Assembly: GCA_043755395.1 (NCBI GenBank)
Contig: JAYUTC010000297.1
Coordinates: 1-55,084 of the forward strand
Reading direction: 5' to 3'
DNA: 55,084 bases
Origin: Ferruginibacter sp.
GTDB lineage: Bacteria; Bacteroidota; Bacteroidia; Chitinophagales; Chitinophagaceae
Below are positions 9,317 through 19,238 of the stretch, piece by piece. The notes beneath the pieces are model-generated. The model worked only from the letters and a program-made list of their open reading frames with translations. It was not told the DNA's origin and did not search any database. Made by a program: the position numbers and the translations under genes. Position 1 is the first letter of the stretch. Every line of letters begins with the position of its first letter.

Positions 9317-9928
9317 TTAGTAGAAAGTTTTTTTATTAGTTTTATTCCAGATTATTACTAATACAAACCCCATAACCAAGCCTCCCAAATGAGCAAAGTG
9401 GGCAATGTTGCCGCCTGTTGGATAAACGCCGCCAAATAAATCGATAGCTGCCATAAGTGCTACAGCATATTTAGCTTTTATTGGAACTGGTATTGGAAAA
9501 ATAATTAATTGTGTATTAGGAAAAAGATAGGCAAATGCTGCAAAAAGCCCCATAATAGCACCAGATGCACCCACTGCCGGAACGTTTTGAAAAAATAAAT
9601 GGGTAACCCCCGCTACCAAACCGCAAGACAAGTAAAAAATTAAAAACTTTTTTGGGCCCCACGATCTTTCCAATAAAGTACCAAAACTCCAAAGAGCAAA
9701 CATATTAAAAAGAATATGTGCCCATCCCCCATGGGTAAACATATGCGTTACCAACTGATAAGGTTTAAAAAAGCCACTATTGTAAGGATATAAAGCAAAA
9801 AGCTCTGTAATACCAACAGATTTGTCTAAAAATAACTGTGCAAAAAAAACTAATGCATTAATTATTATCAGGTTTAAAACTACAGGTGTTGTACGTTGAA
9901 AGTTGTTGCCGTAATTATTGTATGCCAT
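9317..9928 (-). CDS. Rhomboid intramembrane serine protease (active type)
   Basis: HMFTHGGWAHILFNM, VGASGA and AHFAHLGG. Confidence 0.93.
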   Translation of the reverse strand: MAYNNYGNNFQRTTPVVLNLIIINALVFFAQLFLDKSVGITELFALYPYNSGFFKPYQLVTHMFTHGGWAHILFNMFALWSFGTLLERSWGPKKFLIFYLSCGLVAGVTHLFFQNVPAVGASGAIMGLFAAFAYLFPNTQLIIFPIPVPIKAKYAVALMAAIDLFGGVYPTGGNIAHFAHLGGLVMGFVLVIIWNKTNKKTFY

Positions 9929-9951
9929 TTAGTAAAGTTAATTATAAAAAA

Positions 9952-11436
9952 TTATTTTAATCTTAGTAACACTACACATTCTATATGGTGAGTGTGTGGA
10001 AACATATCTACGGGCTGAATTTTTTCTACCAGGTATTTTTCGCTTAATAAACCAATATCCCTTGCCTGTGTGGCAGTATTGCAACTTACATAAACAATTT
10101 TGGGTGCTTCAATTTCTAAAAGTTTGTTTACTAATTTTTCATGCATGCCTGCCCGTGGCGGATCGGTAATAATTACATCAGGCTTTCCTTGAGTTGCGAA
10201 AAAATCATCATTGCAAATCTTAATTACATCACCAGCAAAAAAATCAGCATGTTGAATATTATTGAGTGCTGCATTTTCTTTTGCATCTGTAATAGCTTCT
10301 TCAATAACTTCAACACCAATAATTTTTTTTGCCTTTTTGCTTACAAAAATTCCTATACTTCCTGTTCCACAGTATAAATCATATACTACTTCGTTACCGG
10401 TAAGCGCTGCAAAATCTCTGGTTACTTTATATAATTTTTCCGCTTGTTTGGTATTGGTTTGAAAAAAAGATTTTGGCGAAATCTTAAAAACAAAATCCTC
10501 CAATTTTTCCAAAACAAACCCTTTTCCAAAATAAACCTGTGGTGTTAAATCGTAAATGCTGTCGTTCCATTTAGGATTAATAGTAAATAATAAAGTGGTT
10601 ATTGATGGTACCTGTTGTAATAAATAGTCTAAAATATTTTTCCGTGCCGGTTCATCTTCATAATTAAATACCATATTTACCATAAGCTCTCCGGTGGTGC
10701 AATAGCGTATTATAATATTGCGCAGCCATCCGGTATGTTGTCTTACATCGTAAAAAGTATAGCTGTTTTTTAAAGCAAATTCCCTGGTGGTATTTCGTAT
10801 GCTGTTATTTATATCATCCATTAAATAACATTCTTCAATATCAATTATTTTATCAAAAAGGCGAGGAACATGAAAACCTAATGCACCTGTCTTAATACCC
10901 TCTAATGGAAAAATTTCGGAAGACGCTGATGATTTAACCGGGTTTATCAAATTTGCAGGGTCTATAATCCCATCTTTTGAAGGCAGGGAGCTAATCTCCC
11001 CAGACAATAAATACCTTTTATTGCTAAAAGTAAATTCTAATTTATTGCGATAGTATTTATCATCATCTGCTCCAATTATAGGCATTGTTTCAGGCAGCGC
11101 CACTTTTCCAATTCTCCTTAAATTTTGTTCTGCTTCCTGCTGTTTATAATGTAATTGCTTTTTATAGGGCAGCATTTGCCATTTACATCCACCGCAAATT
11201 CCAAAATGCTTACAAAAAGAATCCACTCTTTCTTTTGAAAATTCTTTTATTTCCTGCACCCTGCCTTCGGCCCAGTCTTTTTTATCCTTAGTAACAAGCA
11301 CATCTGCTATATCGCCGGGCACAGCACCCGAAATAAAAATAACTTTCCCGTCTATTTTTGCTAAAGCCTTTCCTTCGGCTGCATAATCAGAAACAAGTAT
11401 GTTTTCCAGTATTATTTTCTTTTTCTGTCTTTTCAC
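9952..11436 (-). CDS. rlmD: 23S rRNA (uracil-1939-C5)-methyltransferase RlmD, GTG start
   Basis: TRAM domain, C..FG.CGGC Fe-S motif, YRNKLEF, SFFQTN, DLYCGTGSIG, DPPRAG, YVSCN and DMFPHTHHIE. Confidence 0.93.
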   Translation of the reverse strand: MKRQKKKIILENILVSDYAAEGKALAKIDGKVIFISGAVPGDIADVLVTKDKKDWAEGRVQEIKEFSKERVDSFCKHFGICGGCKWQMLPYKKQLHYKQQEAEQNLRRIGKVALPETMPIIGADDDKYYRNKLEFTFSNKRYLLSGEISSLPSKDGIIDPANLINPVKSSASSEIFPLEGIKTGALGFHVPRLFDKIIDIEECYLMDDINNSIRNTTREFALKNSYTFYDVRQHTGWLRNIIIRYCTTGELMVNMVFNYEDEPARKNILDYLLQQVPSITTLLFTINPKWNDSIYDLTPQVYFGKGFVLEKLEDFVFKISPKSFFQTNTKQAEKLYKVTRDFAALTGNEVVYDLYCGTGSIGIFVSKKAKKIIGVEVIEEAITDAKENAALNNIQHADFFAGDVIKICNDDFFATQGKPDVIITDPPRAGMHEKLVNKLLEIEAPKIVYVSCNTATQARDIGLLSEKYLVEKIQPVDMFPHTHHIECVVLLRLK

Positions 11437-11441
11437 GCCAG

Positions 11442-11449
11442 CAAAAATA
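11442..11449 (-). promoter_or_regulatory. -7 promoter element of rlmD, 5 nt from the GTG start
   Basis: TATTTTTG-CTGGC-GTG on the minus strand. Confidence 0.55.
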
Positions 11450-11540
11450 CTTTATTAATCATCAATTTTGTTTTGTTAACGAATTGTAATTGTTAAAAAG
11501 CGCGGCAGGTGCCTGTAGCAGTTTAATCAACGATTTTAAA

Positions 11541-11548
11541 TACATTTG
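11541..11548 (+). promoter_or_regulatory. -7 promoter element for the thioredoxin-like/PPIase pair
   Basis: TACATTTG 16 nt upstream of the ATG at 11565. Confidence 0.55.
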
Positions 11549-11564
11549 CTATCCTTATAATATC

Positions 11565-13001
11565 ATGAAAAAATATATCGTATTCTTTTTAGCAATTATT
11601 GCCCCTGGGAAAGGTTTTAGCCAGGGCTACCAGGTAACTTTACAGGCACCTCAGTTTAAAAGCGGCATAGCGTATTTTACTTATCATATGGGCTCCAATT
11701 TAAATGTTGCCGATTCTGCAGCAGTAAGTAATACCGGGATTGCCATTTTTAAAGGAAATAATAAATTGCCGGGAGGTATTTATGTTATTGTTTTACCTGG
11801 AAAAAGCTTAAGAACTGAATTTTTAATTGATAAGGAGCAAAAAATAACCGTTACCGTAGATACTGCCGACTTATTAAATAAAACAACAGTAATTGGTTCA
11901 AAAGAAAATTTGCTATATGTACAATATCAAAAATTTGTAGCCAAAAAAGGTAAAGAATTACAGGATGAAAAAATGGACTACCTGTCATCTAAAACAAAAA
12001 AAGATTCATTGTTACATGAAAAAAATTACAACTTACTTAACAATGATTTAAACAGCTACAGGGAAGGAATAATAAAAAACCAGCCTAATTCTATGATGGC
12101 GGTTTTGTTAAAAGCTATGAAAGAGCCAGCAGTTCCTATACCTTTTCCATTAACAAGACAGGACACTATAAATAACTACGATTATTATAAGGCCCACTAC
12201 TGGGACGGCATAACTTTTATGGATGAACGAATTATCCGCACCCCTTTCTTTTTAAAAAGATTTGAAAGATATTACCGTGAAGTGATGCCACAATCTGCAG
12301 ATAGTATAATAAGGGATGTTGACTTTAAATTATTACTGGCAAGGAGTAACCCGGAAATGTATAAGTTTTTATTAAACTGGCTTACAGATGAATATATTAA
12401 TCCAAAATACATGGGGCAGGATGCTGTATTTGTTCACCTCTTTGAAAAATACCACAGTAAAGGGATAAGCAACTGGCTAAATGAAAAACAAATGGAAGCC
12501 ATCAGCCGCAGGGCATATATGTTAATGGCTAATTTAATTGGAGAAAAAGGTGCCAATCTTGAAATGATCGACAGCAGTGGAATACCATCACCACTTTATG
12601 ATATTAATGCTGACTATACTGTTCTTTGTTTTTGGGACCCTAACTGCGGGCATTGCAAAGAAGAAGTGCCCAGGTTAGATTCTATTTACCAGGCAAGCTG
12701 GAAAAAACATAATGTAAAAATTTATGCTATACTTACTCCTGATGATAAAGAAAATGTAAAACCTGATTGGGTAAAGTTTATAAATGAACACAAACTTTTT
12801 GATTGGATACATGTATACAAAACCAAAGCCATGGAAGAAGCAGACTTTGCAGCTCAAAAACCAGGCTTCAGGCAGTTATACGATATTACTTTAACCCCAA
12901 CATTATATTTACTGGATAAAAACAAAAATATAATTGGCAAAAAACTTACCATCCTTCAATTAAATGAACTGCTTGAAGTTAAATGGAAAACCAAATCTTA
13001 A
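11565..13001 (+). CDS. Exported DUF5106-like/TlpA-type thioredoxin-fold protein
   Basis: Signal peptide from the ATG at 11565 (MKKYIVFFLAII), HYWD...RTP motif, and C-terminal FWDPNCGHC and TPTLYLLD. Confidence 0.78.
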   Translation: MKKYIVFFLAIIAPGKGFSQGYQVTLQAPQFKSGIAYFTYHMGSNLNVADSAAVSNTGIAIFKGNNKLPGGIYVIVLPGKSLRTEFLIDKEQKITVTVDTADLLNKTTVIGSKENLLYVQYQKFVAKKGKELQDEKMDYLSSKTKKDSLLHEKNYNLLNNDLNSYREGIIKNQPNSMMAVLLKAMKEPAVPIPFPLTRQDTINNYDYYKAHYWDGITFMDERIIRTPFFLKRFERYYREVMPQSADSIIRDVDFKLLLARSNPEMYKFLLNWLTDEYINPKYMGQDAVFVHLFEKYHSKGISNWLNEKQMEAISRRAYMLMANLIGEKGANLEMIDSSGIPSPLYDINADYTVLCFWDPNCGHCKEEVPRLDSIYQASWKKHNVKIYAILTPDDKENVKPDWVKFINEHKLFDWIHVYKTKAMEEADFAAQKPGFRQLYDITLTPTLYLLDKNKNIIGKKLTILQLNELLEVKWKTKS

Positions 13002-13014
13002 ACTTTAACTACTG

Positions 13015-14952
13015 ATGAAAATAATTATTTTGTTTGGCTTTATTCTTAATTTTTCTTCCCTGTTTTCTCAAACACTTTTTACTTTTGGTAATAATGCTGT
13101 AGACAAAGAAGAATTTTTAAGGGCCTACAATAAAAACAAAACAGCTGTTGATGATAAAGAAAAAGCGCTTAGAGAATATCTTGACCTTTTTACAAATTTT
13201 AAATTAAAAGTAAAAGCAGCTCAGGATCAAAAGCTGGATACCCTTCCGCAATTAGCAAACGATTTGCAAAACTTTCGCAGCCAGGTAGATGAATCCTATT
13301 TAAATAACGATAATGCTTTAAATGAATTGATAGATGAATCTTTTTTTCACGCTCAAAAAGATTTACATGTTTATCATTTTTTTACAGCATTAGACTTAAA
13401 AACAACCCCGGCAGATAGTGTAAAAGCTGTTAAAGCCATGCTGGAAATATTTAAAGGATTACAGGCCGGAGAAAATGATTATGACAAATTATCTGCTGCT
13501 GTTTCGGCAAAATATATAAAAATTAATGCAACAGACATTGGGTATATAACTGCATTTTCTGTTCCCTATGAATTTGAAAAAATTATTTATGCTTTAAAGG
13601 CGGGAGAAGCAAATAAACCTTTTCGTTCAAAAAATGGTTTACATATTTTTAAAATTATCGACGAAAGAAAAGGAATGGGCAAATGGAGAATTGCACAAAT
13701 TTTACTGGCATTCCCTCCCGGTGACCAATCGGCAAATTATAAATCACTCTATCAAAAAGCAGATTCAATATTTACCCAATTACATGCTGGTGCCGATTTT
13801 GGAGAGTTGGCCAAACAATATAGTGATGATAAACTAACTTATTTATCCGGGGGCAGTATTCCAGAATTTACTACAGGTAAATATGAGTTATCATTTGAAA
13901 AAGAAGTATTTAAGCTTACTAAAGATGGCGAAATATCAAAACCTTTTTCTACACAGTATGGTTTTCATATAGTTAAAAGATTAAGTGTGCAGCCAACTCA
14001 AACAAACAAAAGCGATGCTGCTTATATGTATGAATTAAAACAAAAGGTTTTGCAGGACAGCAGGATAAATTCTGCTAAAGATCTTTTTACAAAATATGTT
14101 ATTAAACTGGTAGGATATAAAAAAAATGCAGTAATAAAAGAAACCGATTTATTCCGCTTTGCTGATAGTGTGGTAGCTAATCCTGCTGTAAACGGAGCAA
14201 AAGAATTTCCAATAAGCAATAAGGTAATTTTTACCGGTACCAAAAACACCATTAAAGGAAATGAATGGCTAAGTTTTATACGGGAATATAAAACCAATCC
14301 CGAAATTTATAAAGGCGAAAGTAATTCAGCATTGCTTGAAAAATTTGTATCCTTTAAATCAATGGAATATTACAAAGCTCATTTAGAAGATTACAACACG
14401 GAGTTTCGTTTTCAAATGGAAGAGTTTAAAGATGGTAATATGTTGTTTGAAATAATGGAAAGAAAAGTATGGAGCAGTGCAATTAACGATAGTGCCGGTT
14501 TAATAAAATATTATAATCTTCATAAAAGAAAATACCTGTGGGCTCCAAGTGCCGATGTAATTGTTTTTAGTTGCAATAATAAAAAATCTGCAGAAGAATC
14601 TCTTACAGCTTTAAAAAATGGAAAAGAGTGGAAAAAAATTGCAGAAGAAAGTAATAATAATATACAATCAGATTCGGGAAGGTATGAATTAGCACAAATT
14701 TCTTTTCCGGATGAAATACAGCCTGTGCCGGGAATGATTACACAAATTACAGTTAATCCAACAGACGGTACAGCGGGGTTTTTGAAGATTTTAAAATTGC
14801 ATGCTGACAATGAACAACGGTCATTTGAAGAAGCAAAGGGATTGGTAATAAATGATTATCAAACCATCCTTGAAGAAAAATGGATTGAAGAATTAAAAAA
14901 GAAATACCCCGTTAAAATTGATGAAAAGGTTTTTCAGTTGTTATTGAAATAA
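13015..14952 (+). CDS. Periplasmic parvulin-type peptidyl-prolyl isomerase (SurA-like chaperone)
   Basis: Signal peptide, EYLDLFTNFKLKV, and rotamase motifs FGELAKQYSDD and GEISKPFSTQYGFHIVK. Confidence 0.85.
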   Translation: MKIIILFGFILNFSSLFSQTLFTFGNNAVDKEEFLRAYNKNKTAVDDKEKALREYLDLFTNFKLKVKAAQDQKLDTLPQLANDLQNFRSQVDESYLNNDNALNELIDESFFHAQKDLHVYHFFTALDLKTTPADSVKAVKAMLEIFKGLQAGENDYDKLSAAVSAKYIKINATDIGYITAFSVPYEFEKIIYALKAGEANKPFRSKNGLHIFKIIDERKGMGKWRIAQILLAFPPGDQSANYKSLYQKADSIFTQLHAGADFGELAKQYSDDKLTYLSGGSIPEFTTGKYELSFEKEVFKLTKDGEISKPFSTQYGFHIVKRLSVQPTQTNKSDAAYMYELKQKVLQDSRINSAKDLFTKYVIKLVGYKKNAVIKETDLFRFADSVVANPAVNGAKEFPISNKVIFTGTKNTIKGNEWLSFIREYKTNPEIYKGESNSALLEKFVSFKSMEYYKAHLEDYNTEFRFQMEEFKDGNMLFEIMERKVWSSAINDSAGLIKYYNLHKRKYLWAPSADVIVFSCNNKKSAEESLTALKNGKEWKKIAEESNNNIQSDSGRYELAQISFPDEIQPVPGMITQITVNPTDGTAGFLKILKLHADNEQRSFEEAKGLVINDYQTILEEKWIEELKKKYPVKIDEKVFQLLLK

Positions 14953-14964
14953 AAAATAATTTGT

Positions 14965-15008
14965 ACAAAAAACAAACGGGGCGATAAAACACCCCGTTTG
15001 TTTTTTGT
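14965..15008. terminator. Bidirectional intrinsic terminator between the PPIase and metF
   Basis: ACAAAAAACAAACGGGG-N10-CCCCGTTTGTTTTTTGT between convergent genes. Confidence 0.9.
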
Positions 15009-15021
15009 TACATTAGTATGA

Positions 15022-15975
15022 TTAAACAAGTTCTTTTACAACATCAGCAATAATATTTGGTCTGCCCAAGGTATAATAATGTAAAACAGGCACACCGAAC
15101 TTTTTTAACTCTTTTGATTGATACAACAACCATTCTGTTCCTACTTTTTCCACTTCATCGTCTGTTTTGCATTTAAGAATTTCGTTACTTAAAGCAGCCG
15201 GTAAATCAATATGAAATACTTTAGGCAACATGGTTAGTTGTTTTTTAGAGTATATTGGTTTTAATCCCGGTATTATAGGAACAGTAATACCAATATCACG
15301 ACAGGCTTTTACAAAGGCATAAAATTTTTCATTATCAAAAAACATTTGAGTAACAATATAATCAGCACCCAAATCAACTTTGTCTTTTAAATATTGTAAA
15401 TCACTGTCCATATTGGGTGCTTCAAAATGTTTTTCGGGATAACCGGCAACACCAACACAAAATTTAGTATTGGAAGAATTTTTTAACTCTTCTTCAAGGT
15501 AAACACCTGCATTTAAATTTACCACCTGCTTTAATAAATCGCTTGCATATTTATGCCCACCGGTTTCGGGCTCAAATGCTGTTTCATTTTTAGCAGCATC
15601 TCCCCTTAATACCAGAACATTGTCAATACCTAAATAATGTAAATTAATTAAAGCGTCCTCCGTTTCATTTATATTAAACCCTCCACAAATTAAATGTGGT
15701 ACAGTATCTACACTGTATTTATTCATTATTGCCGCACAAATACTTTCGGTACCAGGGCGCTTACGCACTACCACCTTTTGAAAACTGCCATCAGCATTTT
15801 TCTTAAACACATGTTCGCTGCGGTGATAAGTAACATTTATAAAAGAAGGTTTAAACTCCATCAAGGGGTCAAGGTGCTTGTATAAAGATTGAATGCCTTT
15901 TCCTTTAAGCGGTGGAAGAATTTCAAAAGAGATTAATGTGCCTTTCGATTCGTTTATATGGTCTATTACTTTCAT
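15022..15975 (-). CDS. metF: 5,10-methylenetetrahydrofolate reductase
   Basis: SFEILPP, INVTY, PHLICG, LVLRGD, VAGYPEKH, TQMFFD and HYYTL. Confidence 0.95.
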   Translation of the reverse strand: MKVIDHINESKGTLISFEILPPLKGKGIQSLYKHLDPLMEFKPSFINVTYHRSEHVFKKNADGSFQKVVVRKRPGTESICAAIMNKYSVDTVPHLICGGFNINETEDALINLHYLGIDNVLVLRGDAAKNETAFEPETGGHKYASDLLKQVVNLNAGVYLEEELKNSSNTKFCVGVAGYPEKHFEAPNMDSDLQYLKDKVDLGADYIVTQMFFDNEKFYAFVKACRDIGITVPIIPGLKPIYSKKQLTMLPKVFHIDLPAALSNEILKCKTDDEVEKVGTEWLLYQSKELKKFGVPVLHYYTLGRPNIIADVVKELV

Positions 15976-15992
15976 CTGTTAATTTAATTGTG

Positions 15993-16000
15993 CAAACTTA
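15993..16000 (-). promoter_or_regulatory. -7 promoter element of metF
   Basis: TAAGTTTG on the minus strand 17 nt upstream of the ATG. Confidence 0.55.
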
Positions 16001-16058
16001 AGTAAGATGTAATACATAATCAAAACAGTTGAAGTAAACAGCTGGCTTTATTGGCCTT

Positions 16059-16676
16059 TTAGTAAACAATACTTTGTAAAAACATCCCGCTGTATCTGTA
16101 GGTAACAACCCCAAGTGGAAATTTTAAAAATACATAGTGCCTAACAATCCATGCATTTTTATGATACCAAATCCAGTCTTTAAGCAGTCCTCCTTTATTT
16201 CCTTCATAAAAGTTTACAGGCACATCCCCAATACCTGTTGTTAAAGTATCATTGGTACCCTTTACAATAAAGTCTTCTGCCGAGCCTCTATTAAAAGAAT
16301 TGTATGTATCGTTTAATACAGCAGGAAATTTACAGAATAAATATTTATTATTATTAGTGTATTGATATAACCCATCGATATTTTCCTGCAAAAAATAAAC
16401 GGTTGTATCCGGGCCAACTTCTACAATATTCAACCATTTTTCTCCTGTAATAATTTTTTCATTTTGGGCTACGTATTTAACAATATCAGAAGTTGCTATC
16501 CCTCCATCAATGGAGCGATAAGTATAATATCGATATATCCAAACGGTACCAACTTTTGGTTTTAAAACAGCAACAGCTGGATCTGCAATAATTCCCCGTA
16601 ACTCCTTTTGGCAGGAAATGATCATAATTCCTCCGGCCATAAATAGCAGCAGTATTAGCCTATACTTATTATCCAT
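16059..16676 (-). CDS. Hypothetical lipoprotein
   Basis: Hydrophobic signal plus IISCQKE lipobox. Beta-rich body with P.KVG..W.Y; no function recognised. Confidence 0.65.
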   Translation of the reverse strand: MDNKYRLILLLFMAGGIMIISCQKELRGIIADPAVAVLKPKVGTVWIYRYYTYRSIDGGIATSDIVKYVAQNEKIITGEKWLNIVEVGPDTTVYFLQENIDGLYQYTNNNKYLFCKFPAVLNDTYNSFNRGSAEDFIVKGTNDTLTTGIGDVPVNFYEGNKGGLLKDWIWYHKNAWIVRHYVFLKFPLGVVTYRYSGMFLQSIVY

Positions 16677-16832
16677 TTTATTCCCAGGTTTGTTTTGTGT
16701 TTGTAAATAAATTTAATAAAAATTTTTATCTCTGTCCTTTTAATTTTATCAAAGTAATTAATTACCCAATGACAAATACTAAAAAGTAATTGTTAAAAAA
16801 TAAGTCTTCATTTTGTATATGATTGTTTCCAT

Positions 16833-16840
16833 TACTTTTG
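16833..16840 (+). promoter_or_regulatory. -7 promoter element of lptB
   Basis: TACTTTTG 16 nt upstream of the TTG start, with TTTG at 16812-16815. Confidence 0.55.
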
Positions 16841-16856
16841 TATTAAATAATATACT

Positions 16857-17618
16857 TTGAGCCTCACCATTCAAACAAAAAATTTAGTAAAAATTTACGG
16901 CAGCCGCACTGTGGTAAACAATGTTACTTTTAATGTAAAGCAGGGTGAGATTGTTGGTTTACTGGGGCCTAATGGTGCAGGTAAAACCACATCGTTTTAC
17001 CAGGTGGTGGGTTTAATTAAGCCAGATGAAGGCGAAGTATTTTTAAACGATATTAATATTACCAAACTGCCCATGTATAAAAGGGCGCAAATGGGTATTG
17101 GTTATTTACCACAGGAAGCAAGTGTGTTTCGCAAACTAAGTGTAGAAGATAATATCATTGCCATACTGGAAATGACAAAACTTTCCAAAACCCAACAAAA
17201 AGAAAAATTAGAAACCTTGCTGGACGAATTCGGGTTACAGCAGGTACGTAAAAATAACGGTGATACGCTAAGTGGTGGCGAGCGGAGAAGAACTGAGATT
17301 GCCCGCGCTTTGGCAGTTGACCCTAAATTTATTTTATTGGATGAGCCCTTTGCCGGTGTAGACCCAATAGCAGTAGAAGACATACAGGCAATTGTAGCTA
17401 AATTAAAATTCAGGAATATTGGTATATTAATAACCGATCACAATGTAAATGAAACTTTAAGTATCTGCGACAGAGCTTATTTATTAATAGACGGAAAAAT
17501 ATTTACCCATGGCACTGCCGAAGAATTAGCTAATGATGAGCAGGTTCGCCGTTTATATTTAGGCAAAAATTTTGAACTGAAGCGAAAAGATTATTTACAT
17601 GATGAAGCTGCCAGATAA
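16857..17618 (+). CDS. lptB: LPS export ABC transporter ATP-binding protein LptB, TTG start
   Basis: [47 protein letters not shown] and VRRLYLG. Confidence 0.96.
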   Translation: MSLTIQTKNLVKIYGSRTVVNNVTFNVKQGEIVGLLGPNGAGKTTSFYQVVGLIKPDEGEVFLNDINITKLPMYKRAQMGIGYLPQEASVFRKLSVEDNIIAILEMTKLSKTQQKEKLETLLDEFGLQQVRKNNGDTLSGGERRRTEIARALAVDPKFILLDEPFAGVDPIAVEDIQAIVAKLKFRNIGILITDHNVNETLSICDRAYLLIDGKIFTHGTAEELANDEQVRRLYLGKNFELKRKDYLHDEAAR

Positions 17619-17638
17619 TTTTCTATCTTGGCAGAGAA

Positions 17639-19150
17639 ATGAAACTGCTTTCTTCCATAATATCTAAACTTGCCCGTAACCGGATTTGGCGTATTCAAAA
17701 CTGGAGTAATCATCCTGTATCAACACAAAGGCAGGTATTACAGGATCTGGTAACTGCCGGACAATACACAGAATTTGGGAGAAAATACCATTTTGAAAAG
17801 TTGTTTACTCTTAAAGAATTTAAAAAAAATGTTCCCATACATGAGTATGATGATATAAAACCATACATCAAACGCATGATGGAGGGTGAGGAAAATATTT
17901 TATGGAATACTCCTGTAAAATGGTTTGCAAAATCATCGGGTACCACAAGCGATAAAAGCAAGTTTATTCCCATCAGTGACGAAAGTCTTGCAGAGAATCA
18001 TTTTAATGCTGCAAAAGATGTACTCACTAATTATTATAATAATTTTCCAAGCAGTGATTTGCTTACGGGTAAAAGCCTCGTAATTGGTGGTTCTCACCAG
18101 TTAAGTAAAGTAAATGAAGAAATTCAGTTTGGAGACTTAAGTGCAGTGCTAATGCAAAACTCTCCCTTTTGGGGGCAATGGATACGTACACCGGAATTAA
18201 GCATTGCCTTATTGGATGAATGGGAAAATAAGATTGAACAGCTGGCACAAATTACAGCAAACGAAAATGTAACCTCTCTTGCAGGCGTACCTACATGGAC
18301 ACTAATTTTACTAAAGCGCATTCTTCAAATAAAAAATAAACAAACCATTAAAGAAGTGTGGCCCAATTTAGAGTTGTACGTTAACGGTGGCGTTTCATTT
18401 GTGCCTTACAAAGAACAATTTGATAAAATTATCGGTACTAAAATTAATTATCTGGAAATATATAATGCCAGCGAAGGTTTTATAGCCGGTCAGATAAAAC
18501 CAGATGATGATGGCTTATTATTATTTACTGAGCATGGTATTTTTTATGAGTTTATGCCTGTTGAAGAATATGGAAAAAAAATATCGCACACCATTGGTTT
18601 AAAAGATGTGGAACTTAATAAAAACTATGCCCTGGTAATTACTACTACCGGAGGATTGTGGCGGTATTTAATTGGTGATACGGTAATCTTTACTTCCATA
18701 AATCCTTATAAAATAAAAGTAAGCGGCAGGTTAAAACATTACATGAATGCTTTTGGAGAAGAAGTAATAGTAGATAACAGTGATAAAGCCATTGCCATTG
18801 CCTGCGAAAAAACAAATGCCATGGTAAGTGATTACACTGCTGCACCTGTTTACTTTAGCGATAACAATAATGGCGCTCACGAATGGCTGTTAGAATTTGA
18901 AAAGCAGCCTGATAATATTACCGCATTTATTTACGAAATGGACAATGCATTAAAAGATATAAACAGTGATTATGAGGCCAAACGCCATAAAGATATTGCC
19001 CTGCGGCTGCCAATTGTACATGTTTTACCCAAGGGAACTTTTAACAACTGGTTAAAAAGTAAAGGCAAACTGGGTGGGCAACATAAAGTGCCAAGGTTGA
19101 GTAATGAAAGAACGATCCTTGAAGAAATTCTTTCAATAAAACATATTTAA
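17639..19150 (+). CDS. GH3 (auxin-responsive promoter) family acyl-adenylating protein
   Basis: FAKSSGTT..KSKFIP, YNASEG, GLWRYLIGDTV and GGQHKVPRL. Confidence 0.88.
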   Translation: MKLLSSIISKLARNRIWRIQNWSNHPVSTQRQVLQDLVTAGQYTEFGRKYHFEKLFTLKEFKKNVPIHEYDDIKPYIKRMMEGEENILWNTPVKWFAKSSGTTSDKSKFIPISDESLAENHFNAAKDVLTNYYNNFPSSDLLTGKSLVIGGSHQLSKVNEEIQFGDLSAVLMQNSPFWGQWIRTPELSIALLDEWENKIEQLAQITANENVTSLAGVPTWTLILLKRILQIKNKQTIKEVWPNLELYVNGGVSFVPYKEQFDKIIGTKINYLEIYNASEGFIAGQIKPDDDGLLLFTEHGIFYEFMPVEEYGKKISHTIGLKDVELNKNYALVITTTGGLWRYLIGDTVIFTSINPYKIKVSGRLKHYMNAFGEEVIVDNSDKAIAIACEKTNAMVSDYTAAPVYFSDNNNGAHEWLLEFEKQPDNITAFIYEMDNALKDINSDYEAKRHKDIALRLPIVHVLPKGTFNNWLKSKGKLGGQHKVPRLSNERTILEEILSIKHI

Positions 19151-19205
19151 AGTTCATTAAAAATAAAATGCTAAAAAGTGCGATGCCACTAATGCTGAAT
19201 AGAAT

Positions 19206-19213
19206 TACTTTTG
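19206..19213 (+). promoter_or_regulatory. -7 promoter element of fabG
   Basis: TACTTTTG 25 nt upstream of the ATG at 19239. Confidence 0.55.
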
Positions 19214-19238
19214 CTTGTTACAAAAAATAAATAAACTC

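Noticed and set aside
11490-11564. Longer N-termini from the ORF track (11490, also 19215, 20042, 23409, 25777, 49841 and 49962)
   Set aside because: These extensions overlap promoter elements or neighbouring genes. Downstream ATGs give family-typical starts or signal peptides.
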